Both the position numbers and the translations under genes were made by a program. Positions 29,042 through 36,668 of a stretch of 64,000 bases of DNA are shown piece by piece. How positions within the stretch are numbered: the stretch's first letter is position 1; each line of letters starts with the position of its first letter. Source of the stretch: a virus (Duplodnaviria > Heunggongvirae > Uroviricota > Caudoviricetes); the IMG/VR virus record IMGVR_UViG_3300028832_000129, positions 11,528 through 75,527 of that record; one strand, written 5' to 3'. The notes under the pieces are model-generated. The model searched no databases. It saw nothing but the letters and a program-made list of their open reading frames with translations, and had not been told where the DNA came from.

Positions 29042-31648
29042 ATGAGCGAAAAGGAACTTGGCCCGGGAAGCGAGGGCGACGCATACAGGTACACCAAGAA
29101 GGTGCTTCTTTCCCTTCCGAACTTGAACGAAATCCGCCGCATCTATACCGAGATTGCGTTCAACAGGAATATATCGTCCTGGACCCGTGCATGCTACGAG
29201 GAACTCCGCAGGCAGTTCTTCCGTGACGGCCAGTGCAAGATTAAGTTCGCCCCGGGGCTTGCCCGTATCGCATACGGGGAGCTCCTCTTCGGTACGGGCG
29301 ACGAGGACTTCCGCCAGCTTGCCGACCTCCGCGACTTCGTGCGCATCATCTCTATCGCGCACTTTACAGAATTTACCCGCCACATCGCAATCGACGGCAA
29401 GGAACTCTCGTTCAAGGACCTCGTCGACCGCTTTGGCAGCACCGTGTCCGGTAACTGGAAGGAACTGAAGCGCGAGCTTGGCAAAATCCAGTACGGCCCG
29501 CGTCGATACAAGGTAATCTGGCTGGATTCGTTTGCCACTGCCAACAAGTATTACCAGTACACCGCCCCGCATAACTGGTGCCATCTAGGTTCCAAGAGCA
29601 TGTTCAAGTCGTATTCCTACAGCCGGAAGACCGATTCCAAGGGAAACTCCAGGATTTCCGTGGTGAAGCTGTACCTTGCCGTGCTTCCCGGTTTCGAGAC
29701 GATGACGGAAGACGACCCGCTGTATGGCGAGTCCATGCTCGGCATCGATATCGGTCCCGATGGCCGTCTCATGCACGTGAACAACCGCTGGAACCACGCG
29801 CACGACAATATCGACGAACGCAAGGGCGACAACAAGTATTCCGAGAGGGAACTGTCCGAACTCATGGGCGGCCCGTTCTATAAGCTTTGCCCTCCGTTCA
29901 GCAAGAGGGACTACCAGCACATCGAGAGTGTAATGAAACGCGCCCGCCAGAAGGACAACAGGGTATGCCTCAGCTGGGCAAAGAAGCTCGCCAACAAGAT
30001 AACCAATGCGGTGACTGCAAAGTGCAGTACTCGTGAACGCAAGTTCGTCGACGATAGGGATGGCCGCGCATACCGCACGGCGGTAATCGGTAATCGCGAA
30101 TGGATGCTTGACCCGGTATCCTATATCTCGGTCCCGGATATCCGTGAGAGCACCGGGGTTGCCGACAACCGCAAGGCTCTTGAATATGACTGGTATTGTT
30201 TCGATGAACTGCATTCGAAGAAGGGTCTCCGCTATGAGTCCGAAGGTCGCATCACTGTAGGCAACAGAGGAGTTGTCTATCACCCGGAGGGAGATACTGA
30301 CATCGATATGGATGGGGACATGGTTGAGGGCTGTGTACAGGACGAGGAAATCATTCCGGACCCGGTGTGTCTCAACAAGTTCATGCCGCTTACATCCATT
30401 GACATCGACCGTAACGGTCACGCAAAGGTGTACCTGTCTTCCGACGTGTACAAGATGAGCGACTCCGGCAACTACGACTCGTACGAGAGCCATGCCTATC
30501 AGCAGGCATGCGATAATTACCGTCAATGGCGTGCAGACACAATCGACCCCGGCGAGAACAAGCTGGACAAGGACGGAAAGTATGTCATGTACAGTGACGA
30601 CAATTACTGCGGCGTGTTTGTTGATGAGTACAGCGCCCTTGAGATGATTACCCCGCTTGGCTTTGACAAGACTCGCTGGAAAACTCTCAATGAAGGCAAG
30701 CAGAGGATTCTGGTGAACGACCTGGATGCCGATAGGAACTTTGTATTCTACAGTGCAAGGACTGTGCTGCATGCAATCCCCGCAGGCTGGCGTGTCCCTA
30801 CCTTGTTCGAGTTCTTGGGCATGGCTATTGCGAAGGGAGCCAAGTTCAGGTTCAGCCATGGAATCGGTGTATCCAAGGACGAGAACGCTGTCCTGGTTAC
30901 ACGTGAAGGTGTCGTGTCAAAGGAAGATGCGGTCGATGACCTGAAGGGCCTTGTATTCGAGGAACTTATTGAAGGCAAGATTGAACGCAAGTACGATACC
31001 CAGACGACGAATGCGTTGCGTGAGCGTATCACTGCTGCACCCAGGATAGTTGATGCCGGGCAGGACGCGGATGAAGACATCGAGGAAACCGTTGAAGACC
31101 CGGGAGATACGGACGATGCACAGCAACGGCAGCCGCAGCAAGATGACGGCTTCGGGTTTGACCTCAACTCTGCAGTACCTCCCCTGAATATCCGTCTTCC
31201 GGCTATGGAATTCGCAATGAAAAAGTTCGGGTTCGCATTCCCGGAAGAGATTAGGCAAGAGGCCAAGCCGTTCGCTATTGATGAAGCCACGCCGATGCTT
31301 GCAAGGCCTATCCTCCTGTCTCTCGACGGAGTGGACAAGATGAATGAAACAGAGGTAAAGAAGTTCTGCCGCAAGTTCGGGAAGGATGGTTCCTTCAAGT
31401 ATTGGCATGACGATGACTATACGGAAGAACTGGAAAATGCCGTGCATGACCTTCTTGACGCAGTAGATGCCGAGACTGCACACGCAAATGGTGCGGATGA
31501 TGTCCCAAAGAAACCGTATGCGTGCGCTACCTGGAGCGAATCCGACAATACGTTTACCATTTCGGTAAAGGACCGGTTCGACACGAGCGACAGTTACTTC
31601 ATGCTCTACTGCGTGAAGGACAGCAAGCAACTGATGCCTACCATTTAG
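29042..31648 (+). CDS. FISUMP-domain protein, paralog 2, 868 aa.
   Basis: N-terminal ~300 aa collinear with 24462..25922 (RIAYGELLFG, NNRWNHAHD, KLCPPF). Internal FISUMP-like segment (AGWRVPTLFEFLGMAIAKGAKFRF). Acidic Gln/Asp-rich C-terminal region. Confidence 0.6.
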   Translation: MSEKELGPGSEGDAYRYTKKVLLSLPNLNEIRRIYTEIAFNRNISSWTRACYEELRRQFFRDGQCKIKFAPGLARIAYGELLFGTGDEDFRQLADLRDFVRIISIAHFTEFTRHIAIDGKELSFKDLVDRFGSTVSGNWKELKRELGKIQYGPRRYKVIWLDSFATANKYYQYTAPHNWCHLGSKSMFKSYSYSRKTDSKGNSRISVVKLYLAVLPGFETMTEDDPLYGESMLGIDIGPDGRLMHVNNRWNHAHDNIDERKGDNKYSERELSELMGGPFYKLCPPFSKRDYQHIESVMKRARQKDNRVCLSWAKKLANKITNAVTAKCSTRERKFVDDRDGRAYRTAVIGNREWMLDPVSYISVPDIRESTGVADNRKALEYDWYCFDELHSKKGLRYESEGRITVGNRGVVYHPEGDTDIDMDGDMVEGCVQDEEIIPDPVCLNKFMPLTSIDIDRNGHAKVYLSSDVYKMSDSGNYDSYESHAYQQACDNYRQWRADTIDPGENKLDKDGKYVMYSDDNYCGVFVDEYSALEMITPLGFDKTRWKTLNEGKQRILVNDLDADRNFVFYSARTVLHAIPAGWRVPTLFEFLGMAIAKGAKFRFSHGIGVSKDENAVLVTREGVVSKEDAVDDLKGLVFEELIEGKIERKYDTQTTNALRERITAAPRIVDAGQDADEDIEETVEDPGDTDDAQQRQPQQDDGFGFDLNSAVPPLNIRLPAMEFAMKKFGFAFPEEIRQEAKPFAIDEATPMLARPILLSLDGVDKMNETEVKKFCRKFGKDGSFKYWHDDDYTEELENAVHDLLDAVDAETAHANGADDVPKKPYACATWSESDNTFTISVKDRFDTSDSYFMLYCVKDSKQLMPTI

Positions 31649-31664
31649 TACAAAGGAGTACCAT

Positions 31665-32015
31665 ATGCTTGTATATGTACCGAATTTTATTACCCTATTG
31701 CGACAGAGGTATTCTACTCTGAAGTTGCCTGGCGGCATCCATTATGATAATTCTGCAGTGCTGTGTCGCATGCAGTATGAGGTGCGCCTTGAGAAGAAGG
31801 TAGGCTCGAAAACTATCGTCGTGGAACTCGTGGCAAGATACGGTAAAGTCGAATTCCGGAAGCCGTTCACCGAGGATTTCTTGACAACTGGAGACCCGTC
31901 AAAGGTGATGGAGAAAATCAACGAGTATGCTGACGATGGATACGTCGTGTCGCATCAGACGCTGATGTACGGGGCGTCTGACAGCTGCGCCTATACACCA
32001 ACGAGTAGAATGTAA
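31665..32015 (+). CDS. Hypothetical protein, 116 aa.
   Basis: Intact ORF immediately after the paralog. Confidence 0.45.
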   Translation: MLVYVPNFITLLRQRYSTLKLPGGIHYDNSAVLCRMQYEVRLEKKVGSKTIVVELVARYGKVEFRKPFTEDFLTTGDPSKVMEKINEYADDGYVVSHQTLMYGASDSCAYTPTSRM

Positions 32016-32431
32016 CGAAAATTTTACACATTTTTCTTGCATTTTCCCTTGCCATTTCATTCGTTTTTATCTACTATTGCTATAAACATTACGTCAAAGG
32101 AATTAAAGATGCTAAAGCAACTCAACAATCTGTGCAAATTAACAGCTGCGGCCCAGGACGCACGTTATTTTGGCATTTTGGGTTTCGCAGGAAAAGCGGA
32201 GGCTGATGCAACTTAGTTCCAGGTAGACGAAAAGGTTTACGAGAGACGAAAAGGGCGGTTGCATCAGCAGGCAACCGCCCTTTCCGTTTAACCATTCGGG
32301 GGCGCATGTTCCAAGGTGGCGAATGATGCTGGCAGCATCGTTGAGAAGGATTCGATTTCCTTCGCTTCCATTAAAGCAAGGCTCGAGCAGCCTTGCGGTA
32401 GATTGACAGTTCGGATGCGATATGTTTTATG

Positions 32432-32504
32432 GGCCATTAGCTCAGTTGGTAGAGCGCCTGATTTGCACTCAGGAGGTCATCGGTTCGACCCCGATATGTG
32501 TCCA
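32432..32504 (+). tRNA. tRNA-Ala(TGC)-like. The acceptor stem is imperfect.
   Basis: GGGCCATTAGCTCAGTTGGTAGAGCG CCTGA-TTTGCAC-TCAGG ..ATCGG-TTCGACC-CCGAT. The 3' acceptor ATGTGTC pairs poorly with the 5' GGGCCAT. Preceded by the repeated 20-mer AGATTGACAGTTCGGATGCG. Confidence 0.5.
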
Positions 32505-32595
32505 GTATAATATGGGCTGCTAGAAGCAAGGGTAGCCAGCAACTACCCGATGGGCACTGCCTGGACAGATAGTAATCTATCCGTATTCCTAGGAA

Positions 32596-32697
32596 CCAAC
32601 CGTCGCCGTTGCCGGCGGCAGTGTTCCGACATGATGGGATAAGGACATTACGGGACTGGGGTCCATGCGAGGCCGGTTCGATTCCGGTGCGGTCCAC
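32596..32697 (+). ncRNA. tRNA-like element: canonical T-arm plus 3' acceptor, with the 5' partner unresolved.
   Basis: ...GCCGG-TTCGATT-CCGGT-GCGGTCC-A. No clean complementary 5' acceptor was found by eye. May be a degenerate or split tRNA. Confidence 0.25.
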
Positions 32698-32704
32698 TAT
32701 TTCG

Positions 32705-32775
32705 GGTCATTAGTTCAATGGTAGAATTCCCGGTCCGCATCCGGGGGATACCGGTTCGACCCCGGTATGTATCCA
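32705..32775 (+). tRNA. tRNA with an atypical anticodon loop TCCGCAT (anticodon CGC?). The acceptor stem is imperfect.
   Basis: GGGTCATTAGTTCAATGGTAGAAT..CCCGG-TCCGCAT-CCGGG..ACCGG-TTCGACC-CCGGT-ATGTATC. Shares the same acceptor oddity as 32432. Confidence 0.4.
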
Positions 32776-32791
32776 TTAGTTTGTTTGTATT

Positions 32792-32865
32792 CTCATCTAT
32801 ATCAACTGGTTAGATAGTCGCTCTGATAAGGCGGAGGTTCTTGGTTCGAGTCCAAGGGTGAGAAC
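32792..32865 (+). tRNA. tRNA-Ile(GAT).
   Basis: Acceptor TCTCATC/GGTGAGA, anticodon arm TCGCT-CTGATAA-GGCGG, T-arm CTTGG-TTCGAGT-CCAAG. Confidence 0.75.
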
Positions 32866-32872
32866 TATCATG

Positions 32873-32946
32873 CCACTGTAGCTCAGTCCGGTAGAGCGGG
32901 GGCCTGAAGAGCCCCGCGTCGAAGGTTCGATTCCTCCCGGTGGCAC
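32873..32946 (+). tRNA. tRNA-Phe(GAA).
   Basis: GCCACTGTAGCTCAGTCCGGTAGAGC G GGGGC-CTGAAGA-GCCCC ..GAAGG-TTCGATT-CCTCC-CGGTGGC. Confidence 0.85.
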
Positions 32947-33029
32947 TAAAATATGTTCGACAAATATATGAATGACATAATGAACAAAATTATGTATTTT
33001 TATATAAGGTTTATCGAAGAGTTGACAAT

Positions 33030-33767
33030 ATGAACTATAGACATATTTACTTAAACATTATCTTCCGTGCGCAAAATGATTATTTATCACGGTTAAAATT
33101 GAAGAAACATGGGATGTATTTTGAAAAGCACCATGTTCTCCCGCGGTCATTAGGTGGTAAAAATATCGCAAGTAATATAGTCTTATTGACGGGGAGAGAA
33201 CATTTTATTTGCCATTGGTTGTTGTTTAAAATGTTTAATAAGGGGACTATAGAGAGGAGCAAGATGCTATTTGCTTTATGGTGTATGAAATCGATTGAAC
33301 GCGGTCATACAGGAAGATATATTAATGCGAGAACATATGAATATATTCGGGCCGAGTTTGCGAGTATGGTAGGCCAGCTTAACTCAAAGCTGCAATCAGG
33401 TAGCCAAAATTCGCAATATGGAAAAATATGGTATACTAATGCATACACTGGTGCATCCACGTCATCCATAATTCCGTTAAAATATCCTTGGTATAAAGGC
33501 CGTAGACTGTTTCGCGGGGAAACAATGGTACTATTTAATAAAACCCAGCAATGTAGTATGATTCTGGCCAAACAAATATGGGACTTATTTCATAGTGGAA
33601 ACTACACATCATTTAGTGAGTTTACCAGCATGACTAATTTGCCGTTAAAGCGGCCTGGTATTCTGGCATTATTTAATAAATATGTGCCAATATCACGAAC
33701 TTTATGGAAGGATTCCACTAAGCCAAAACAGTCGGACAGTGCATATGTTGGACGATACTATAAATAA
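33030..33767 (+). CDS. HNH homing endonuclease.
   Basis: EKHHVLPRSLGGKNIASNIVLLTGREHFICH is an HNH motif. The gene sits in an AT-rich islet (32950-33890) inside the tRNA array. Confidence 0.75.
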   Translation: MNYRHIYLNIIFRAQNDYLSRLKLKKHGMYFEKHHVLPRSLGGKNIASNIVLLTGREHFICHWLLFKMFNKGTIERSKMLFALWCMKSIERGHTGRYINARTYEYIRAEFASMVGQLNSKLQSGSQNSQYGKIWYTNAYTGASTSSIIPLKYPWYKGRRLFRGETMVLFNKTQQCSMILAKQIWDLFHSGNYTSFSEFTSMTNLPLKRPGILALFNKYVPISRTLWKDSTKPKQSDSAYVGRYYK

Positions 33768-33892
33768 GAATTCCAGCATTATATAATAGGTATTAATATA
33801 TTTAGGGTGAATGTCACGATGAACGCAGCGTGTCATCCCGTAATACTGACTCGTTTGACTAACCAATATAAGTTTAACCCAGTAATTATTAT

Positions 33893-33965
33893 TCCACCTT
33901 AGCTCAGTTGGTAGAGCACCCGACTGTTAATCGGGTCGTCCCTGGTTCGAGTCCAGGAGGTGGAG
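33893..33965 (+). tRNA. tRNA-Asn(GTT).
   Basis: TCCACCTTAGCTCAGTTGGTAGAGCA CCCGA-CTGTTAA-TCGGG..CCTGG-TTCGAGT-CCAGG-AGGTGGA. Confidence 0.85.
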
Positions 33966-33969
33966 CTAT

Positions 33970-34055
33970 GCCGGTTTCGCCTAGCGGTCAATGGCAGGAG
34001 GCTGTAACCCTCCCGTTCTCACGAACTTCCGGTGGTTCGAATCCATCAGCCGGCA
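33970..34055 (+). tRNA. tRNA-Tyr(GTA), class II with a long variable arm.
   Basis: Acceptor GCCGGTT/AGCCGGC. Anticodon arm GGAGG-CTGTAAC-CCTCC. Variable stem-loop CGTTC-TCAC-GAAC. Confidence 0.8.
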
Positions 34056-34069
34056 CTATATATTCTTAT

Positions 34070-34144
34070 GCGGCATTAGCTCAGTTGGCTTAGAGCGCAA
34101 CCTTGCCATGGTTGAGGTCACGAGTTCGATTCTCGTATGCCGCT
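34070..34144 (+). tRNA. tRNA-Gly(GCC).
   Basis: GCGGCATTAGCTCAGTTGGCTTAGAGCG CAACC-TTGCCAT-GGTTG..ACGAG-TTCGATT-CTCGT-ATGCCGC. Confidence 0.85.
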
Positions 34145-34147
34145 TAC

Positions 34148-34220
34148 TGCCCGTTCGCCAAGTTGGTAAGGCACACGACTCTGACTCGCGCATTCGGTGG
34201 TTCGAGTCCATCACGGGCAA
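34148..34220 (+). tRNA. tRNA-Gln(CTG).
   Basis: Very close to the E. coli tRNA-Gln architecture: TGCCCGTTCGCCAAGTTGGTAAGGCA CACGA-CTCTGAC-TCGCG CATTC GGTGG-TTCGAGT-CCATC ACGGGCA. Confidence 0.75.
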
Positions 34221-34224
34221 CTAC

Positions 34225-34304
34225 CTCGACGTGGGGGAACTGGTAGACCCGCCGGCTTCAGGAGCCGGTGCATTTGCGTGCAAGTCCGAGTCTTGCCGTC
34301 GAGA
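34225..34304 (+). tRNA. tRNA-Leu(CAG).
   Basis: Acceptor CTCGACG/CGTCGAG. Anticodon arm CCGGC-TTCAGGA-GCCGG. T-arm GCAAG-TCCGAGT-CTTGC. Extra arm present. Confidence 0.75.
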
Positions 34305-34317
34305 CTAATGGAAACTC

Positions 34318-34401
34318 CGGCGATTGCTGGAATAGGTAGACAACCCGGTCTTAAAAACCGGGGCACTTGCGTGCGTATCGGTTCGAGCCCGATATCGCCG
34401 A
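34318..34401 (+). tRNA. tRNA-Leu(TAA).
   Basis: Acceptor CGGCGAT/ATCGCCG. Anticodon arm CCCGG-TCTTAAA-CCGGG. Long variable arm. T-arm ATCGG-TTCGAGC-CCGAT. Confidence 0.8.
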
Positions 34402-34485
34402 TAGGAGGTACACACGATGAAGAAGATTCTTAAACGCACCCGATTATGATGGTTGCAGTTGCCATGCTCTTATCAACTGCACTCT

Positions 34486-34557
34486 GCGGGTGTAGCTCAG
34501 AGGAAGAGCAACGTACTTTTAATACGTGGGTCGGGATTTCGAAATTCCCCACCCGCA
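34486..34557 (+). tRNA. tRNA-Lys(TTT).
   Basis: GCGGGTGTAGCTCAGAGGAAGAGCA ACGTA-CTTTTAA-TACGT..TTCGAAA..CACCCGC. Confidence 0.8.
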
Positions 34558-34561
34558 CTAT

Positions 34562-34633
34562 GCGAATATGGTGTAATTGGCAACACGACAGCCCTCCAAG
34601 CTGTAGTTTCCGAATCGTTGTCGGATATTCGCT
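34562..34633 (+). tRNA. tRNA-Gly(TCC) with a non-canonical T-loop.
   Basis: Acceptor GCGAATA/TATTCGC. Anticodon arm ACAGC-CCTCCAA-GCTGT. T-arm TCCGA-ATCGTTG-TCGGA has a perfect stem but an unusual loop. Confidence 0.65.
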
Positions 34634-34639
34634 TATCAT

Positions 34640-34715
34640 CCCCGGGTAGCCGAACTGGCATAGGCGGGCGATTCAAAATCGCCGACATCTGAAGGTTCGA
34701 TTCCTTCTCCGGGGA
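34640..34715 (+). tRNA. tRNA with anticodon CAA (Leu-type anticodon) but a short variable loop, which is atypical.
   Basis: Acceptor CCCCGGG/TCCGGGG. Anticodon arm GGCGA-TTCAAAA-TCGCC. 7-nt variable region. T-arm GAAGG-TTCGATT-CCTTC. Confidence 0.55.
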
Positions 34716-34725
34716 CTAAACGATT

Positions 34726-34799
34726 GGCGGCATAGCTCAATGGATTAGAGCGACAGATTTCTAATCTGTTGGTTCCAAGTTCGAGTCTTGGTGTCGTCA
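34726..34799 (+). tRNA. tRNA-Arg(TCT).
   Basis: GGCGGCATAGCTCAATGGATTAGAGCG ACAGA-TTTCTAA-TCTGT..CCAAG-TTCGAGT-CTTGG-TGTCGTC. Confidence 0.8.
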
Positions 34800-34803
34800 T
34801 AAT

Positions 34804-34874
34804 TGGCTTATGGTGTAGAGGTAGCACGGGTGGTTTTGAGCCATCAGGGCTGGGTTCGAGGCCTGGTTGGCCAA
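34804..34874 (+). tRNA. tRNA-Gln(TTG).
   Basis: Acceptor TGGCTTA/TTGGCCA with one mismatch. Anticodon arm GGTGG-TTTTGAG-CCATC. T-arm CTGGG-TTCGAGG-CCTGG. Confidence 0.6.
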
Positions 34875-34877
34875 TAT

Positions 34878-34959
34878 CCCGCAGTGGCGGAACTGGTAGA
34901 CGCGTGCGCCTTAGGAGCGCATGCCGAAAGGTGTGCAGGTTCGAGTCCTGCCTGCGGGA
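34878..34959 (+). tRNA. tRNA-Leu(TAG).
   Basis: Perfect acceptor CCCGCAG/CTGCGGG. Anticodon arm TGCGC-CTTAGGA-GCGCA. Long variable arm. T-arm GCAGG-TTCGAGT-CCTGC. Confidence 0.85.
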
Positions 34960-34978
34960 CTAAACAAAGGAGGAATAT

Positions 34979-35416
34979 ATGAGAAGACTGTTCATCATTC
35001 GCAAGGACCTGGACTTGTCCAAGGGAAAGCTTTCGGCGATGGTAGCCCATTGCGCCGAAGGTTTCTGGACACGCCTCATCTCCCGAAGTGCGACGAAGGA
35101 AGGCGACTCATACTCCGTCAAGTTCGAACTGGATTCAGCCACGATGGACGAGTATGTCCGCGGGCTGTTCGTTAAGACCGTGTGCGAGGCGAAGAACCTC
35201 ACCCACCTCATGAAGGTGGAGGAAGTCGCCAAGGGGTTCGGCCTTGTCGAGAATGTAGACTACGGCTTCATCGACGACGCGTGTCTTACCGAGCTTACCC
35301 CGGAGTCGACCGACGAGAACGGCAACGGCTACTGTAGGGTGGGCATCTGGTTCAGGCCGCTGCCGGACGACGTGAGCCATGCCCTCAGCAGGAAGTACCA
35401 GCTTTTCCGGGGATGA
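34979..35416 (+). CDS. Peptidyl-tRNA hydrolase, PTH2 family.
   Basis: Strong AAAGGAGGAATATATG RBS. N-terminus RLFIIRKDLDLSKGKLSAMVAHCAEG matches the Pth2 signature (..vvR.Dl.mgkGKiaAQ.aHAa). Collinear mid and C-terminal blocks. Embedded between tRNA genes. Confidence 0.7.
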   Translation: MRRLFIIRKDLDLSKGKLSAMVAHCAEGFWTRLISRSATKEGDSYSVKFELDSATMDEYVRGLFVKTVCEAKNLTHLMKVEEVAKGFGLVENVDYGFIDDACLTELTPESTDENGNGYCRVGIWFRPLPDDVSHALSRKYQLFRG

Positions 35417-35425
35417 CCCGGGATA

Positions 35426-35507
35426 TGTCGGGGTGGTGGAATTGGTAGACGCGCTGGTCTGAGAGGCCAGTGGGGAGACCCGTGCAGGTTCAAGTCCTGT
35501 TCCCGAC
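35426..35507 (+). tRNA. tRNA-Leu(GAG).
   Basis: Acceptor GTCGGGG/TCCCGAC. Anticodon arm CTGGT-CTGAGAG-GCCAG. Long variable arm TGGGGAGACCCGTG. T-arm GCAGG-TTCAAGT-CCTGT. Confidence 0.85.
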
Positions 35508-35513
35508 ACTATA

Positions 35514-35587
35514 CGCACTCGTAGCCAAGTGGATTAAGGCGGGGGCCTGCAAAGCCCCCATGCGGGGGTTCGAGTCCCTCCGAGTGC
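35514..35587 (+). tRNA. tRNA-Cys(GCA).
   Basis: GCACTCGTAGCCAAGTGGATTAAGGCG GGGGC-CTGCAAA-GCCCC..GGGGG-TTCGAGT-CCCTC-CGAGTGC. Confidence 0.85.
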
Positions 35588-35629
35588 TCTATTTGACCAT
35601 GTTTAGCAGAAAGGACTCCACTCGGGTCG

Positions 35630-35645
35630 ATTTTTGCTATATTTG
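35630..35645 (+). promoter_or_regulatory. Phage promoter motif TTTTTGCTATATTTGG.
   Basis: Exact motif at the start of a ~450-nt ORF-free structured region. Confidence 0.5.
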
Positions 35646-35703
35646 GTTAGCAAGAATTTCGTGCCAAGATATAAACAAAAACCACCAGGTTGACGTTTTT
35701 GCA

Positions 35704-35720
35704 GAAAATTGCTATATTTG
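35704..35720 (+). promoter_or_regulatory. Phage promoter motif AAAATTGCTATATTTGG.
   Basis: Second motif copy 60 nt downstream of the first. Followed by the repeated 20-mer AGATTGACAGTTCGGATGCG at 35751. Confidence 0.5.
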
Positions 35721-36088
35721 GTACACCGGGAAGCCCGTGAGGTTCCCCAGAAGATTGACAGTTCGGATGCGTTTCCTTTGCAGTTCGGGTTAAACTGCGC
35801 GTTGCAACCAACGATAGGTTGCTCGCATTTTGAAGATTTTACGAAATCTTACCCCGGCGGGAGGCGTCCCGCCCGAAGCCACGCGCTTTGGCGTGGTGGA
35901 ATACCTTTAGCATAAACGTGAGTGCGCCCGGGTTCGCAACCGGGAGGTGTCTTCTGCTCAGGAAGGCAAGGGAAATTAACTAATGAGTTCGGCGTGAGCC
36001 GGGACGGGCGGACGTATAGGGCTAGTTCCATTGCCCTTCTCCTTTTTGGTTGTGTCGAGGTCCCCCGTCCCGCTCGCGCCGTTCGCAT

Positions 36089-36161
36089 GGCGATGTCGTC
36101 TAGAGGCCTAGGACACAGGATTTTCATTCCTGGAACTCGGGTTCGAATCCCGGCATCGCTA
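36089..36161 (+). tRNA. tRNA-Glu(TTC).
   Basis: Glu-type D-arm TCGTCTAGAGGCCTAGGAC. Anticodon arm CAGGA-TTTTCAT-TCCTG. T-arm TCGGG-TTCGAAT-CCCGG. Acceptor GGCGATG/CATCGCT with G1·U72. Confidence 0.75.
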
Positions 36162-36169
36162 CTAATCAT

Positions 36170-36242
36170 CGCGGGATGGAGCAGTTGGTAGCTCGCGAGG
36201 CCCATAACCTCGAGGTCGTCGGTTCGAGTCCGACTCCCGCTA
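36170..36242 (+). tRNA. tRNA-Met(CAT), initiator-like.
   Basis: CGCGGGATGGAGCAGTTGGTAGCTCG CGAGG-CCCATAA-CCTCG AGGTC GTCGG-TTCGAGT-CCGAC TCCCGCT. Closely parallels E. coli tRNA-fMet, including an unpaired position 1-72. Confidence 0.75.
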
Positions 36243-36250
36243 CGAAACAT

Positions 36251-36355
36251 TGCCAAATGGCGGAAAGTGCATCGACGATGCCGTTAGACGCAGGGGAATC
36301 TAAGTCCCCGGCCCTCGCGCGAAAGGGTGTCCAGGTTCGAGTCCTGGTTTGGTAA
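36251..36355 (+). tRNA. Atypical long tRNA-like gene with a CUA (amber-reading) anticodon arm.
   Basis: Acceptor TGCCAAA/TTTGGTA (7 bp incl. G·U). T-arm CCAGG-TTCGAGT-CCTGG. Perfect anticodon arm GGGGA-ATCTAAG-TCCCC (anticodon CTA at 36300-36302). A ~16-nt palindromic hairpin (GCATCGACGATGC) is inserted in the D-region. Total ~105 nt. Confidence 0.4.
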
Positions 36356-36380
36356 CTATGATTTTGCCGTCGCTAAGACT

Positions 36381-36454
36381 GGGTGGGTAAGCTCAGGTGG
36401 TAGAGCTCGGGTGGAAAACAACCCGGGACACCGGTTCGAGTCCGGTTCTGTCCT
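36381..36454 (+). tRNA. tRNA-like or pseudo-tRNA with a possible 8-nt anticodon loop.
   Basis: D-arm TAAGCTCAGGTGGTAGAGCT and T-arm ACCGG-TTCGAGT-CCGGT are canonical. The acceptor GGGTGGG/TCTGTCC is mostly G·U. The anticodon stem CGGGT/ACCCG encloses GGAAAACA. Confidence 0.3.
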
Positions 36455-36579
36455 GTTGATTGCGGCGGAAGTGCCGGGAAGACGTCCCCGGCGCGGCGCT
36501 ATTAAGTCATTTTCGGATTAGGGCCCCGACGCACCAGCAAAACCGTTTGGTACCTATAGAAAATGACCGCCGTTCCCAT

Positions 36580-36668
36580 GGCCACGTAGCTTAGCAAGGT
36601 GGACGAGGCCTCGTCAGAGCGCCCGGCTAACCAGGCCGGGAGACGCCGGTTCGATTCCGGCCGTAGAT
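36580..36668 (+). tRNA. tRNA-like element with a hairpin insertion. Not resolvable by eye.
   Basis: 5' GGCCACG-TA-GCT..., a perfect inserted palindrome GACGAGG/CCTCGTC, CCCGGC-TAACCAG-GCCGGG arm and T-arm GCCGG-TTCGATT-CCGGC. The 3' acceptor does not pair cleanly. Confidence 0.25.

Noticed and set aside
34416-34448. Ten-codon ORF MKKILKRTRL with a perfect AGGAGGT RBS between tRNA-Leu(TAA) and tRNA-Lys
   Set aside because: It is too short to call a gene. It may be a leader peptide or a chance occurrence, so it is noted but not annotated.
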